In this document: positions 56,027-64,000 of the stretch, piece by piece
How positions within the stretch are numbered: the first letter of the stretch is position 1
Layout: each line of letters opens with the position of its first letter
Source of the DNA: an uncultured Rhizobium sp.
GTDB taxonomy: Bacteria > Pseudomonadota > Alphaproteobacteria > Rickettsiales > UBA1997
Assembly (NCBI GenBank): GCA_964537735.1
Contig: CAZICL010000002.1
Coordinates: 66,573 to 130,572, forward strand
Length of the DNA: 64,000 nucleotides
Direction of reading: 5' to 3'
Notes under the pieces: generated by a model
Database searches by the model: none
What the model was told of the DNA's origin: nothing
The model's input: the letters and a program-made list of their open reading frames with translations, nothing else
Program-made: the position numbers and the translations under genes

Positions 56027-57337
56027 TTATTTCTGATTTATCTCCAGCATCTGAGAAAATTTTCTGACATCACGAGCTAAGTGCAGAGAGCCACAGATTA
56101 TGATGCGGCAAGGTTTTTCAGCTTTGGCAATCTGTGAAATAGCTTCTAATAAATCGCTAGTGGCGAAAATATTTATTCCGATATCGTTGCCAATTTGTGA
56201 GATTTTCTCTGATTCTTCGGGATATGGTTCGCCATCAACTCTTACGGCTATAAGTTGAGCCACGTTTTTGAATTTTTCTAAAAATTCTTTTTTGCATTTA
56301 TTTTTACTGAATCCGCAAATAACAAAATTTTCTTTTCTATCTTTTTGATCGCAAATCCAGCGTGCCAAAGCAAAGGCTCCGGCTTCATTGTGGGCGCCGT
56401 CAATCCAGATCTCGCTTTGTGAATCTTTTAAAATTTTATTCAAATTATTATTAACTTTCTCCAAACGGCTGGGCCAATAAACATTGTGAATGGCTCTTTT
56501 AATGGCCTCAATTTCTATATTATAAGGTGTAAGCAGAGCTGCGGTAATGGCGGTGGAAAAATTAATATATTGGTGAGAGCCGGGCAGGGAAGGTTTTGGC
56601 AGATTTTCAAAAATTTGATCTCCAATTCTCAAATCAAACTCACCGCTTTCTTCATCAAGCAAAATGGCAAAATCTTCATCGTAAAAATACGCATCAATAT
56701 TTTGGTCATGGGCTAAGATCTTAATAATTTCAGCAGCTTTTTGTGGTTGTGATGCAACAACCAAAGGTGTCTTTGGACGCATAATCATGGCCTTTTCCAA
56801 AGCTATTTTTTCAATGGAATTACCCAAATATTCGGTGTGATCAAAAGAAATTGGCATGATCAGGCTGAGCAGTTTTTCTTCAATAATATTAGTGGCGTCA
56901 ATGCGCCCACCCATTCCACACTCAATAATGGTAATATCTGCTGGCACTTTAGAGAAAGCTAAAAAGGCACCAATAGTAAAACTCTCCATAAAAGTAAGAG
57001 GAGTTTCAGCAGCAGCAATTCTAGTTTCTTCCATTATTTCAAACAGAAAAGCATCGGAAATTTTTTCACCATTTAATACGATACGCTCATTACATTCATG
57101 CAAATGCGGTGAGGTGTAAATGTGGGTTTTATAGTTGGATTGCTTAAAAATTTCGCCCAGCAAAGCGGTGGCAGAACCCTTGCCGTTAGTGCCAGTAATG
57201 TGAATTACGGGTGATAATTTTTGGTGCGGATTGCCAAGTCTTTCTAAGACTAATGACATTCTTTCAAAGACGGTTTCGTAATCGATTTGTCTTTTTCCAA
57301 AAGTTGCAGGAATGGGCCAATGAGGCAGATAAACCAT
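56027..57337 (-). CDS. folC: Bifunctional folylpolyglutamate synthase / dihydrofolate synthase
   Basis: ITGTNGKGS is present, with Mur-ligase-like architecture. Confidence 0.9.
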   Translation of the reverse strand: MVYLPHWPIPATFGKRQIDYETVFERMSLVLERLGNPHQKLSPVIHITGTNGKGSATALLGEIFKQSNYKTHIYTSPHLHECNERIVLNGEKISDAFLFEIMEETRIAAAETPLTFMESFTIGAFLAFSKVPADITIIECGMGGRIDATNIIEEKLLSLIMPISFDHTEYLGNSIEKIALEKAMIMRPKTPLVVASQPQKAAEIIKILAHDQNIDAYFYDEDFAILLDEESGEFDLRIGDQIFENLPKPSLPGSHQYINFSTAITAALLTPYNIEIEAIKRAIHNVYWPSRLEKVNNNLNKILKDSQSEIWIDGAHNEAGAFALARWICDQKDRKENFVICGFSKNKCKKEFLEKFKNVAQLIAVRVDGEPYPEESEKISQIGNDIGINIFATSDLLEAISQIAKAEKPCRIIICGSLHLARDVRKFSQMLEINQK

Positions 57338-57385
57338 AATTTAACGTTTAGCATTTAGACATTTAGCTTTTAGGTATTTAGCTTT
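57338..57385. repeat. Array of about six 7-8-nt units (consensus GCTAAAT on the minus strand) in the folC / porin divergent spacer
   Basis: aatttaac gtttagc atttagac atttagc ttttaggt atttagc. Confidence 0.65.
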
Positions 57386-57422
57386 TCGCAGCAGATCAGA
57401 TATTCATCAAATAAAATGCTCA

Positions 57423-58643
57423 ATGTTAAATTCTAAATTTCTGAGTCTTACCTCTTTGCTGCTTGTATTTCCGCACTTTGCCGGAGCTACAACCAATTCT
57501 ACAAAAATTGCGCTGACTAAAAATAGCGAAATTATTGTGCAAGGATCTTCAAACTTTTCCGCTGCCAGTAGAAACCAAAGCGCCGCTTACCAACAAAATC
57601 AGTTGCCAGATGGCACTAATAATCGCCAAGATAAAACTCCAGCGCTGGAAAATAATTCTCAGCTATATTTGAAGTTCGAGAATAAAAGTTTTTCTCAAGA
57701 AGTGGGGAAATTTGGTTCGGTTATAAAAGTTGAGTCGGAAGTTTCCTCAGCGCAAAATAAAGGCATCATCAATGTTGATCAGGGATTTATTTATGGTGAT
57801 TCTAAAGATTACGGAAAAATTGAAATTGGCGATAATCTGCCAGTAAATCAAAAGATGAAAGTGGGGCCAGCCAGTTTTGCTCGTGGTGCTGGAGGAATTA
57901 ATGGTAATTATTTAAAATATATAAATTTGCCAACATCATCAAAATTTATTTTAATTGCTGCTGCGCCGATAAGTCATGGAGGACAAGCTTTCAGTGGTTC
58001 GGAGTTAAATCAGAACTCAATTAAAATTCTGCGCAATGGCAGTTTTAATGGCTCTGAAGATGCTACTAAATTAAATTATTATAGTCCCAGAATTGAAGGG
58101 TTTCAGGTTGGTTTGAGCTATACTCCAAGCACTGCACGCAGTTTGGTTTCTTCAACAGTGTTCAATGGTGAGGATAATTCCATAAATAACGTCATTAGTG
58201 CTGGAGCTAATTATACCAATAATTTTGAGAATTTCGACTATGCTTTTTCCATCACTTCGGAAAATGGTAAATCAAATTCAAATACGCAAAATAACTTATC
58301 TTCTTACGATATCGCGACCACAATGGCTTATTTTGGTTTTACCTTCGGTGCTTCTTATGGAAATTGGAAAAAATCAACTCAATATTCTGGGCAAAATTCC
58401 AAGGACGCTATTTATAAAACTTTGGGTATTTCCTATCAATTTGGTCATCTTTCTGTGAGCTTGGCAAATCTTAAGAGCAGCTTTCAGCAAAATGATTATG
58501 ATGCCACGTCTCTTGGTCTTGACTATAAGCTTAGCCGAGCTTTGATGCCATATTTTGAAATCACACAATTTTCATTCAAACCGCAAAGTAGCTCTGAAAA
58601 TAAGGGATATGTGGCTTTAGCCGGTTTTTTGGTTTCATTCTAA
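57423..58643 (+). CDS. Porin-like outer-membrane beta-barrel protein
   Basis: It has a signal peptide, Gly/Asn/Ser/Tyr-rich alternating strands and a C-terminal Phe (GFLVSF). Confidence 0.6.
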   Translation: MLNSKFLSLTSLLLVFPHFAGATTNSTKIALTKNSEIIVQGSSNFSAASRNQSAAYQQNQLPDGTNNRQDKTPALENNSQLYLKFENKSFSQEVGKFGSVIKVESEVSSAQNKGIINVDQGFIYGDSKDYGKIEIGDNLPVNQKMKVGPASFARGAGGINGNYLKYINLPTSSKFILIAAAPISHGGQAFSGSELNQNSIKILRNGSFNGSEDATKLNYYSPRIEGFQVGLSYTPSTARSLVSSTVFNGEDNSINNVISAGANYTNNFENFDYAFSITSENGKSNSNTQNNLSSYDIATTMAYFGFTFGASYGNWKKSTQYSGQNSKDAIYKTLGISYQFGHLSVSLANLKSSFQQNDYDATSLGLDYKLSRALMPYFEITQFSFKPQSSSENKGYVALAGFLVSF

Positions 58644-58668
58644 TCAATCAAATTTTGCACATTTTAAA

Positions 58669-59667
58669 ATGAGTATTGCCGCTCTCGATTCCTATTTGTT
58701 GCCATTAAAAGAGATACTAGACAGAGACGGCGTGAATGAAGTTTCGATTAATCGTCCACGTGAAGTTTGGATTGAGTGTAAGGGCGATATAACCAGAGAA
58801 GAGTTGCCAACTTTCGATCTTAACCATTTAAAGTCTCTTGCTCGTCTTGTTGCACAATCGACCGAACAAAGATTGAGCGAAGAAGAACCTTTGCTTTCTG
58901 CAACATTGCCAAATGGTTATCGTATTCAAATTGTTTTCCCGCCAGCTTGTGAAGTTGGTTCGGTGGTTATTTCAATTCGCAAACCATCAGCCATCAAATG
59001 GAGTCTTGAGGATTATGATCGTATGGGCATGTTTTCCAATGCTTCAGTTGGCGAAGTTGAGGATAAAAATAATCTTATATTGGCCAAGCTTTTAAAATTA
59101 AATCGTATTAAAGATTTTTTAATTCGGTCCGTACTTTACAAAAAAAATGTCATCATTTCTGGTGGTACATCAACTGGTAAAACCACTTTTACCAATGCTA
59201 TGATTCAGTCAATTCCTCACGAAGAAAGATTGATTACAGTTGAAGATGCTCGAGAAATTGACTTAACTTATCATAAAAATCGTGTGCATTTGATTGCCTC
59301 TAAGGGCGGACAAGGTAGAGCTAAAGTTACAACTCAAGATTTGATTGAGGCTTGTTTGCGTTTGCGTCCGGAAAGAATTATTGTTGGTGAGTTGCGTGGT
59401 TCTGAGGCATTTAGCTTCCTGCGTGCAATTAATACTGGTCACCCAGGATCAATTTCAACTTTGCACGCCGATACTCCTAAAATGGCGATGGAACAACTTA
59501 AAATGATGGTAATGCAAGCTGGTCTTGGTTTGGCGCCAAGTGAAATAACTTCTTATATTAGTAATGTTATTGATGTCATCGTGCAGCTTAAGCGTGGTGC
59601 CAAGGGTAAACGTTATATTTCTGAGATTTATTTCAAAGAAATTCACAACCAGCAAAAGTCTGAATAA
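58669..59667 (+). CDS. virB11: Type IV secretion system ATPase VirB11
   Basis: Walker A is GGTSTGKTTF. VGELRG and GHPGSISTLHA are present. Confidence 0.9.
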   Translation: MSIAALDSYLLPLKEILDRDGVNEVSINRPREVWIECKGDITREELPTFDLNHLKSLARLVAQSTEQRLSEEEPLLSATLPNGYRIQIVFPPACEVGSVVISIRKPSAIKWSLEDYDRMGMFSNASVGEVEDKNNLILAKLLKLNRIKDFLIRSVLYKKNVIISGGTSTGKTTFTNAMIQSIPHEERLITVEDAREIDLTYHKNRVHLIASKGGQGRAKVTTQDLIEACLRLRPERIIVGELRGSEAFSFLRAINTGHPGSISTLHADTPKMAMEQLKMMVMQAGLGLAPSEITSYISNVIDVIVQLKRGAKGKRYISEIYFKEIHNQQKSE

Positions 59668-59697
59668 CAAATTTAATAACAAATTATAATAATTAAA

Positions 59698-60708
59698 ATG
59701 AGCCGTAATCTTTTTTTTGATAAAAAATCTGAGTTTTTAACTTTAGCACAGATTATTGAAATTACTGGAGCAACAGTTTCGCAAAATGCTGATTTGAGTA
59801 GCAAAGTTTTTGACTTAGCAACTTTGGAAAAAGCTCAAGAGCAGCAAATTTCTTTTTTTAGTTCCGGGCAATATTTTGATAAATATCAAAATTCAAAAGC
59901 TGGATTTTGTTTGGTTGATGAAAAGTCAGCAAGCAAAGCTCCACAAGGCATGATAGTGTTGATTCATAAAAACCCTTATTTTGCTTATTCAAAAGTTGTC
60001 AGTGCTTTTTACAAAACCAAAGATGTTGAATTTGATGATAAAAATTTGATTCATCCAACGGCGCAAATCGGTGAGGGCACTAAAATAGCTCCTAATGCCT
60101 ATGTTGGTAACAATGTTAAAATCGGTAAAAATTGTTTTATCGCCCCTAATGCTACGATCATGGATAATTGTGTCATCGGTGATGATTGTTCGATTAATGC
60201 CAATGTTGTCCTATCTTTTGTAGTGATTGGTGATCGTTGTACATTTTTAAATGGCGCTAAAATTGGCCAAGATGGCTTTGGTTTTGCTCATAATGCCGGA
60301 GTTAATCATAAAATTTTGCAACTGGGAATCGTGCAGATCGGTAATGATGTTGAGATTGGAGCAAATAGCTGTGTTGATCGCGGTGCTATTGAAAATACTA
60401 TAATTTCTGATGGTGTTAAAATCGATAATCTGGTGCAGATTGCCCACAATGTTGTGATTGGAAAAGGCACGGTAATGGCTGGAGGAACTGGTGTTGCAGG
60501 CAGTACTCATATTGGAAATTATGTTCAAATTGGAGGCAATTGCAGTATTAATGGACATATCTCAATTGGCGATGGCGTTAGAATCGCCGGCATGAGTGGC
60601 GTGATGCGCGATGTTGCGCCAATGCAGGTAATCGCCGGTGCTCCAGCACAAGCAATTCGTGATTGGCATAGAATGAATGCCAAGTTGATGGGTCTAGCCA
60701 AGAAATAA
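59698..60708 (+). CDS. lpxD: UDP-3-O-(3-hydroxyacyl)glucosamine N-acyltransferase
   Basis: It has hexapeptide repeats and the LpxD N-terminal domain, with FGFAH in the active-site region. Confidence 0.95.
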   Translation: MSRNLFFDKKSEFLTLAQIIEITGATVSQNADLSSKVFDLATLEKAQEQQISFFSSGQYFDKYQNSKAGFCLVDEKSASKAPQGMIVLIHKNPYFAYSKVVSAFYKTKDVEFDDKNLIHPTAQIGEGTKIAPNAYVGNNVKIGKNCFIAPNATIMDNCVIGDDCSINANVVLSFVVIGDRCTFLNGAKIGQDGFGFAHNAGVNHKILQLGIVQIGNDVEIGANSCVDRGAIENTIISDGVKIDNLVQIAHNVVIGKGTVMAGGTGVAGSTHIGNYVQIGGNCSINGHISIGDGVRIAGMSGVMRDVAPMQVIAGAPAQAIRDWHRMNAKLMGLAKK

Positions 60709-60713
60709 TCGTC

Positions 60714-60910
60714 TAAGAACCCGTCACTTCTTTTAACTCGTTTAAATGCATGGTGTATAACCTCCTTTGAAAAAGGAGGTGGCGCAAAGCGCCGGAGGAT
60801 TTAAGTGAGTTACAGGAAATTTTTTGTTTTCCATAAACCTCCTTCGTTACTAACAACAAAGGATCGGTTGGATTATCTTTAATAAGTCAAAGACTTAGGA
60901 GAGATTCTTA
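60714..60910 (-). mobile_element. Nested-palindromic repeat, family 2, copy 2 (inverted relative to copy 1)
   Basis: The ends are taagaacccgtc... and ...gagattctta (imperfect terminal inverted repeats). The core matches copy 1 in reverse complement. Confidence 0.8.
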
Positions 60911-60929
60911 AATAAAAAACGGTCCAACC

Positions 60930-61853
60930 TTAAATTGTAAATCCTAATAAAAATTCTTTTAAGGACATTGGTTTTTTGCCTGGGCGTTGTAGTATCGAAG
61001 GTCGTATAATTCCTTGTCCACATTGAATTGCCAGCTGATTGTCCAATATTTTTCCAGCTGGATTCTCTGTTGAATCATGATCTAAAACTTCAGCAGCAAA
61101 AATTTTTATTTTTTCACCATTATGCATAAAATGCGCTTCAAGTGATCCATTAAGTCCACGAATTTGGCGCTCGATTTCAACAGCAGATTTATTCCAATCA
61201 ATTGCACATTCGCTTTTTTCAATTTTTTTAGCGTAAGTCATTATAGACTCGTCTTGCTTGGTATAAGTCACTTTATTATCATGTAAATTCTTCAAAGTTG
61301 AAATCAAAATTTCACCACCCATTAAAGACAATTTTTCTGCTAAGTTTTTGTAAGTCTCACTACCATCAAGTATAAATTTCTCCTGACAAATCATGTCACC
61401 ACTATCTAAACCACGATCCATTTTAATAATGGTGATTCCGCTTTCGGCGTCACCTTCTAAAATTGGGCGCTGAATTGGAGATGCTCCACGCCATCTTGGT
61501 AAAAGGGAGGGGTGAATATTTATGCAACCCATTTTGGTGCCATCTAAAATGGGTTGCGGCAAGATTAAGCCGTAAGCCACTACTACCGCGACGTCAGCAT
61601 TGAAATCAGAAAACTCTTTTTGAGCTTCTATGGTTTTTAAACTTTTTGGCGTAATAACTTTTAAGCCATTTTGTAGCGCCAAATTGTGAATCGGAGAATT
61701 TTGCAACTTATGACCACGTCCAGCAATTTGTGGTTCTCTGGTATAAACTGCTACAATTTCAAAAGTGGGATCGGCAATTAATTTTTCTAAAGTAGGGCAG
61801 GAAAATTGCGGAGTTCCCATGAAGATAATTTTCATCAATTTATGATTTAACAT
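60930..61853 (-). CDS. fmt: Methionyl-tRNA formyltransferase
   Basis: IIFMGTPQFS and HPSLLPRWRGASPIQ are present. Confidence 0.95.
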   Translation of the reverse strand: MLNHKLMKIIFMGTPQFSCPTLEKLIADPTFEIVAVYTREPQIAGRGHKLQNSPIHNLALQNGLKVITPKSLKTIEAQKEFSDFNADVAVVVAYGLILPQPILDGTKMGCINIHPSLLPRWRGASPIQRPILEGDAESGITIIKMDRGLDSGDMICQEKFILDGSETYKNLAEKLSLMGGEILISTLKNLHDNKVTYTKQDESIMTYAKKIEKSECAIDWNKSAVEIERQIRGLNGSLEAHFMHNGEKIKIFAAEVLDHDSTENPAGKILDNQLAIQCGQGIIRPSILQRPGKKPMSLKEFLLGFTI

Positions 61854-61874
61854 TTAGCATTTAGCATTTAGCAT
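61851..61874. repeat. Perfect heptamer array (catttag x3) starting at the fmt start codon
   Basis: catttagcatttagcatttagcat. On the fmt strand this gives ATGCTAA x3 followed by ATGTTAA (the fmt start). Confidence 0.8.
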
Positions 61875-61924
61875 TTTTTTAGCTCTAACAAAGGGCAAAA
61901 GCTGAATTGTGAGCCATCTCAAAT

Positions 61925-61953
61925 CTTAAATACTAAATGTTAAATGCTAAATG
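61925..61953. repeat. Inverted counterpart heptamer array (cttaaat a ctaaatg ttaaatg ctaaatg) spanning the lspA start
   Basis: ATGs lie at 61937, 61944 and 61951. The first opens lspA. Confidence 0.75.
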
Positions 61954-62440
61954 GAAAAAATCTTTTTTCCTTGGACTTTTTATTGCGGTTACCATTGCTT
62001 TCTGCGACTTATTTACCAAAAAACTAATTTTTGTTATACTGGATAATAAAGCTTTAGAGCTTGGCATTAGTCATCCCGAAATTGTCGTTTTTAATTTTTT
62101 TAGCTTGGTAAAAGTTTGGAATCGTGGCGTCAGTTTTGGCATGTTTAACCAATTGGATGCAGCGCCGTTTCTTTTGTCATTATTACAATTTGCAATAATG
62201 ATCATTGTATTATTTTGGCTTTATCGCAATGAGAAGCCACATTTTACTTGGGCTTTAGGCTTGATTGCTGGAGGTGCCTTAGGAAATCTTACTGATCGCA
62301 TTAAAAATGGAGCAGTTGCAGATTTTCTTGATTTTCATATTGCATCCTATCATTGGCCAGCCTTTAATTTAGCAGACTCATCGGTTTTTATCGGGGTGAT
62401 GATTTTGCTTCTTGATGACCTTATTTTTACAAAGAAATGA
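61937..62440 (+). CDS. lspA: Lipoprotein signal peptidase (signal peptidase II)
   Basis: WNRGVSFGMF, ALGNLTDR and FNLADS are present. Confidence 0.95.
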   Translation: MLNAKWKKSFFLGLFIAVTIAFCDLFTKKLIFVILDNKALELGISHPEIVVFNFFSLVKVWNRGVSFGMFNQLDAAPFLLSLLQFAIMIIVLFWLYRNEKPHFTWALGLIAGGALGNLTDRIKNGAVADFLDFHIASYHWPAFNLADSSVFIGVMILLLDDLIFTKK

Positions 62441-62628
62441 AAAAGATTTTTGCTTTAATTCTAACTTTTTTTCTTTGCTCATGCTTGTCAAATAAGGTGG
62501 ATGATCCTTTGATCGTGCCACCAAATTTTGCTGAGATGCCGGATTTAAAAAATCCGGAAAAAGAAAATCCCGAACAAAAAGATCGAAATGTTGCACGCTT
62601 GAAAGAGTTGTTGTTGCAAAGTGATTAG
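62437..62628 (+). CDS. Small lipoprotein (DUF3035-like)
   Basis: The lipobox is FFLCSC. The PLIVPPNF..MPDL motif is present. Its start overlaps the lspA stop as ATGA. Confidence 0.6.
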   Translation: MKKIFALILTFFLCSCLSNKVDDPLIVPPNFAEMPDLKNPEKENPEQKDRNVARLKELLLQSD

Positions 62629-62721
62629 CCAACAGTGTCTAAAAACTCGAGTGTTTTAAAGGGGTTAGACTCGTCTTTGAATCTGACCTTATAGTTTTAC
62701 TAACCCTAATTTTTTTAAAAA

Positions 62722-63117
62722 ATGCTTAATCAAATTTTAATCTCTGACTCTTTTGCTCAAGAAGCTGAAACTGCTGCTTCTGCTAACCAAGATTTTTCAC
62801 TTACCAGCTTTGTGCCGTTAATTTTAATTTTTGCGGTTTTTTATTTCTTGATTATTCGTCCGCAAACCAAGAAGTATAAGGATCACCAAGCAATGGTTAA
62901 TGGCCTTAAAATTGGCAATAAAGTCGTTACTTCTGGTGGAATTGTTGGTGTAATCAAAGAAATTAACGAAAAAGAAAATCAGGTTGAAATTGAAATTGCT
63001 GATGGTGTTGTGATTAAATTGTTGAAGAGCTACGTTACTGATTTGGTGCAAAAAGAAGAAAAGAAAAAAGAAGAAAAGAAAAAAGAAGAAAAGAAAAAAG
63101 AAGAAAAGAAAAAATAG
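62722..63117 (+). CDS. yajC: Preprotein translocase subunit YajC with a C-terminal (EEKKK)4 tail
   Basis: LILIFAVFYFLIIRPQTKK...GGIVGVI is present. It lies upstream of secD. Confidence 0.9.
   Translation: MLNQILISDSFAQEAETAASANQDFSLTSFVPLILIFAVFYFLIIRPQTKKYKDHQAMVNGLKIGNKVVTSGGIVGVIKEINEKENQVEIEIADGVVIKLLKSYVTDLVQKEEKKKEEKKKEEKKKEEKKK
63055..63114 (+). repeat. 15-bp tandem repeat x4 (gaagaaaagaaaaaa) encoding (EEKKK)4
   Basis: Direct reading of the sequence, in-frame at the yajC 3' end. Confidence 0.9.
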
Positions 63118-63147
63118 TCCTTAAACCTATCGCCTAAAAAAGTCTAG

Positions 63148-63178
63148 TGGGGTCAGAATCCATAGTGATCTGACCCCA
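63148..63178 (+). terminator. Hairpin between yajC and secD (attenuator or terminator-like)
   Basis: The stem tggggtcaga / tctgacccca is followed by ttt. Confidence 0.45.
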
Positions 63179-63207
63179 TTTCCGCTTAATAAAAAACATC
63201 AATTTCC

Positions 63208-64000
63208 ATGCTTAATTTTTCAAAGTTAAAAATATTTTCTATTTTAGCTGTTTGTATTTTGGCTTTTATTTACGCCGCTCCAACCTTTATTCCAGAACAA
63301 AAGAAATCGGGCTTTGAAAATATATTGCCAAGCCAGAAAGTTAATCTTGGTCTTGATTTGCGTGGTGGGTCGCAATTGATGTTAGAAGTTGATTCAGAAT
63401 ATTATATCAGAGAACAGCTCAGTAATTTAAAAGATGAGTTAAAATCAAATTTTCGCGATGATTCTGTGCGAGCAATCCCAGAGATTCGTGGTGATAAAAT
63501 TGTATTTTCTTTAAGTGATGAAGAGCAGCAAAAAGTTGCTAGAACAATTATTAAAAAATTAAGTAATCGCATAGATGTTGATGAAAATTCTGATCAGTTT
63601 GAAATTTATTTTTCTGCAGCAGAAATTGCTTTAACCAAGCAAAACTTGATCAAGCAATCAATTGAAATTGTTAGGAAAAGAATTGATGAAGGTGGCACTA
63701 AAGAGCCAGTCATTCAGGCTCAGGGTGATGATCGCATTTTATTACAAGTTCCTGGTGTAGAAAACTCTCAGGAGATTAAGTCAATTTTGGGAAAAACTGC
63801 CAAAATGACTTTTCATCATGTTGCTGATGAAACTTTTAGTGGTGCTTCTGCTATTGCTGATCCTGATCTGGAAAGAGTTTATGATTATCAGGGGCGGCCT
63901 TATTTGATTAAAAAAGAAGTGGTGCTTAGCGGTGATTTGTTGGTTGATGCTTCAGCAACTTATCACGAGGGTGAGCCAGCTGTTGCCTTTCGCTTTAATG
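63208..64000 (+). CDS. secD: Protein translocase subunit SecD (5' part; continues beyond the window)
   Basis: My translation from the ATG at 63208 gives MLNFSKLKIFSILAVCILAFIYAAP...LGLDLRGGSQLMLEVD. It is open to the window end. It is absent from the ORF track because no stop codon is reached. Confidence 0.9.
   Translation, partial: MLNFSKLKIFSILAVCILAFIYAAPTFIPEQKKSGFENILPSQKVNLGLDLRGGSQLMLEVDSEYYIREQLSNLKDELKSNFRDDSVRAIPEIRGDKIVFSLSDEEQQKVARTIIKKLSNRIDVDENSDQFEIYFSAAEIALTKQNLIKQSIEIVRKRIDEGGTKEPVIQAQGDDRILLQVPGVENSQEIKSILGKTAKMTFHHVADETFSGASAIADPDLERVYDYQGRPYLIKKEVVLSGDLLVDASATYHEGEPAVAFRFN

Noticed and set aside
12966-60910. The repeated elements considered as a possible CRISPR array
   Set aside because: The copies are dispersed over tens of kb and are internally palindromic with terminal inverted repeats. 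They are not regularly spaced direct repeats with unique spacers, and no cas genes are present.

Overview
The window is AT-rich and densely packed with housekeeping genes. It looks like a genome-reduced alphaproteobacterial intracellular symbiont of Rickettsiales/Holosporales type; this is an inference from gene content. Supporting content: VirB-type T4SS parts, the NDUFA12-like/MlaD/DUF2155 cluster, AddB, an NtrX-like regulator, a PDRP kinase, a eukaryote-like RNI-type LRR protein, and RPE-like palindromic repeats.

I call about 50 protein genes. These include virB10, a virB8-virB9 pair, virB11, a purL fragment, purE, purF, galU, fabD, cspA, murD, rpe, slt, xseB, pgsA, ribF, leuS, carA, proA, clpB, truA, addB, a dadA-like gene, folC, lpxD, fmt, lspA, yajC and the 5' part of secD. 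There are two tRNAs (Ala-TGC on the minus strand, Arg-CCG on the plus strand). I saw no rRNA, CRISPR array or transposase.

Main points worth a second look:
1. A roughly 1,980-aa cysteine-rich membrane-anchored protein sits inside a housekeeping gene string (rpe-murD-X-purE). Its C-terminal third is built from CCP/Sushi-like cysteine modules. A lone prepilin-like gene 1.5 kb away carries one copy of the same module.
2. leuS carries an in-frame insertion of about 200 aa that looks like a transglutaminase-like Cys-His-Asp domain.
3. An orphan 686-aa protein downstream of galU has a protein-kinase-like motif set (Gly-rich loop, DxKxxN, DFG) and is an effector candidate.
4. Two families of nested-palindromic MITE-like repeats are present. 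One shows a paired compensatory substitution. The other occurs as an inverted pair bracketing a 4.9-kb segment that contains virB11.
5. T4SS genes are dispersed as singletons.
6. Heptamer start-codon ladders occur at several gene starts.
7. purL is truncated.

All functional calls come from motif recognition by eye on the supplied translations. No searches were run.
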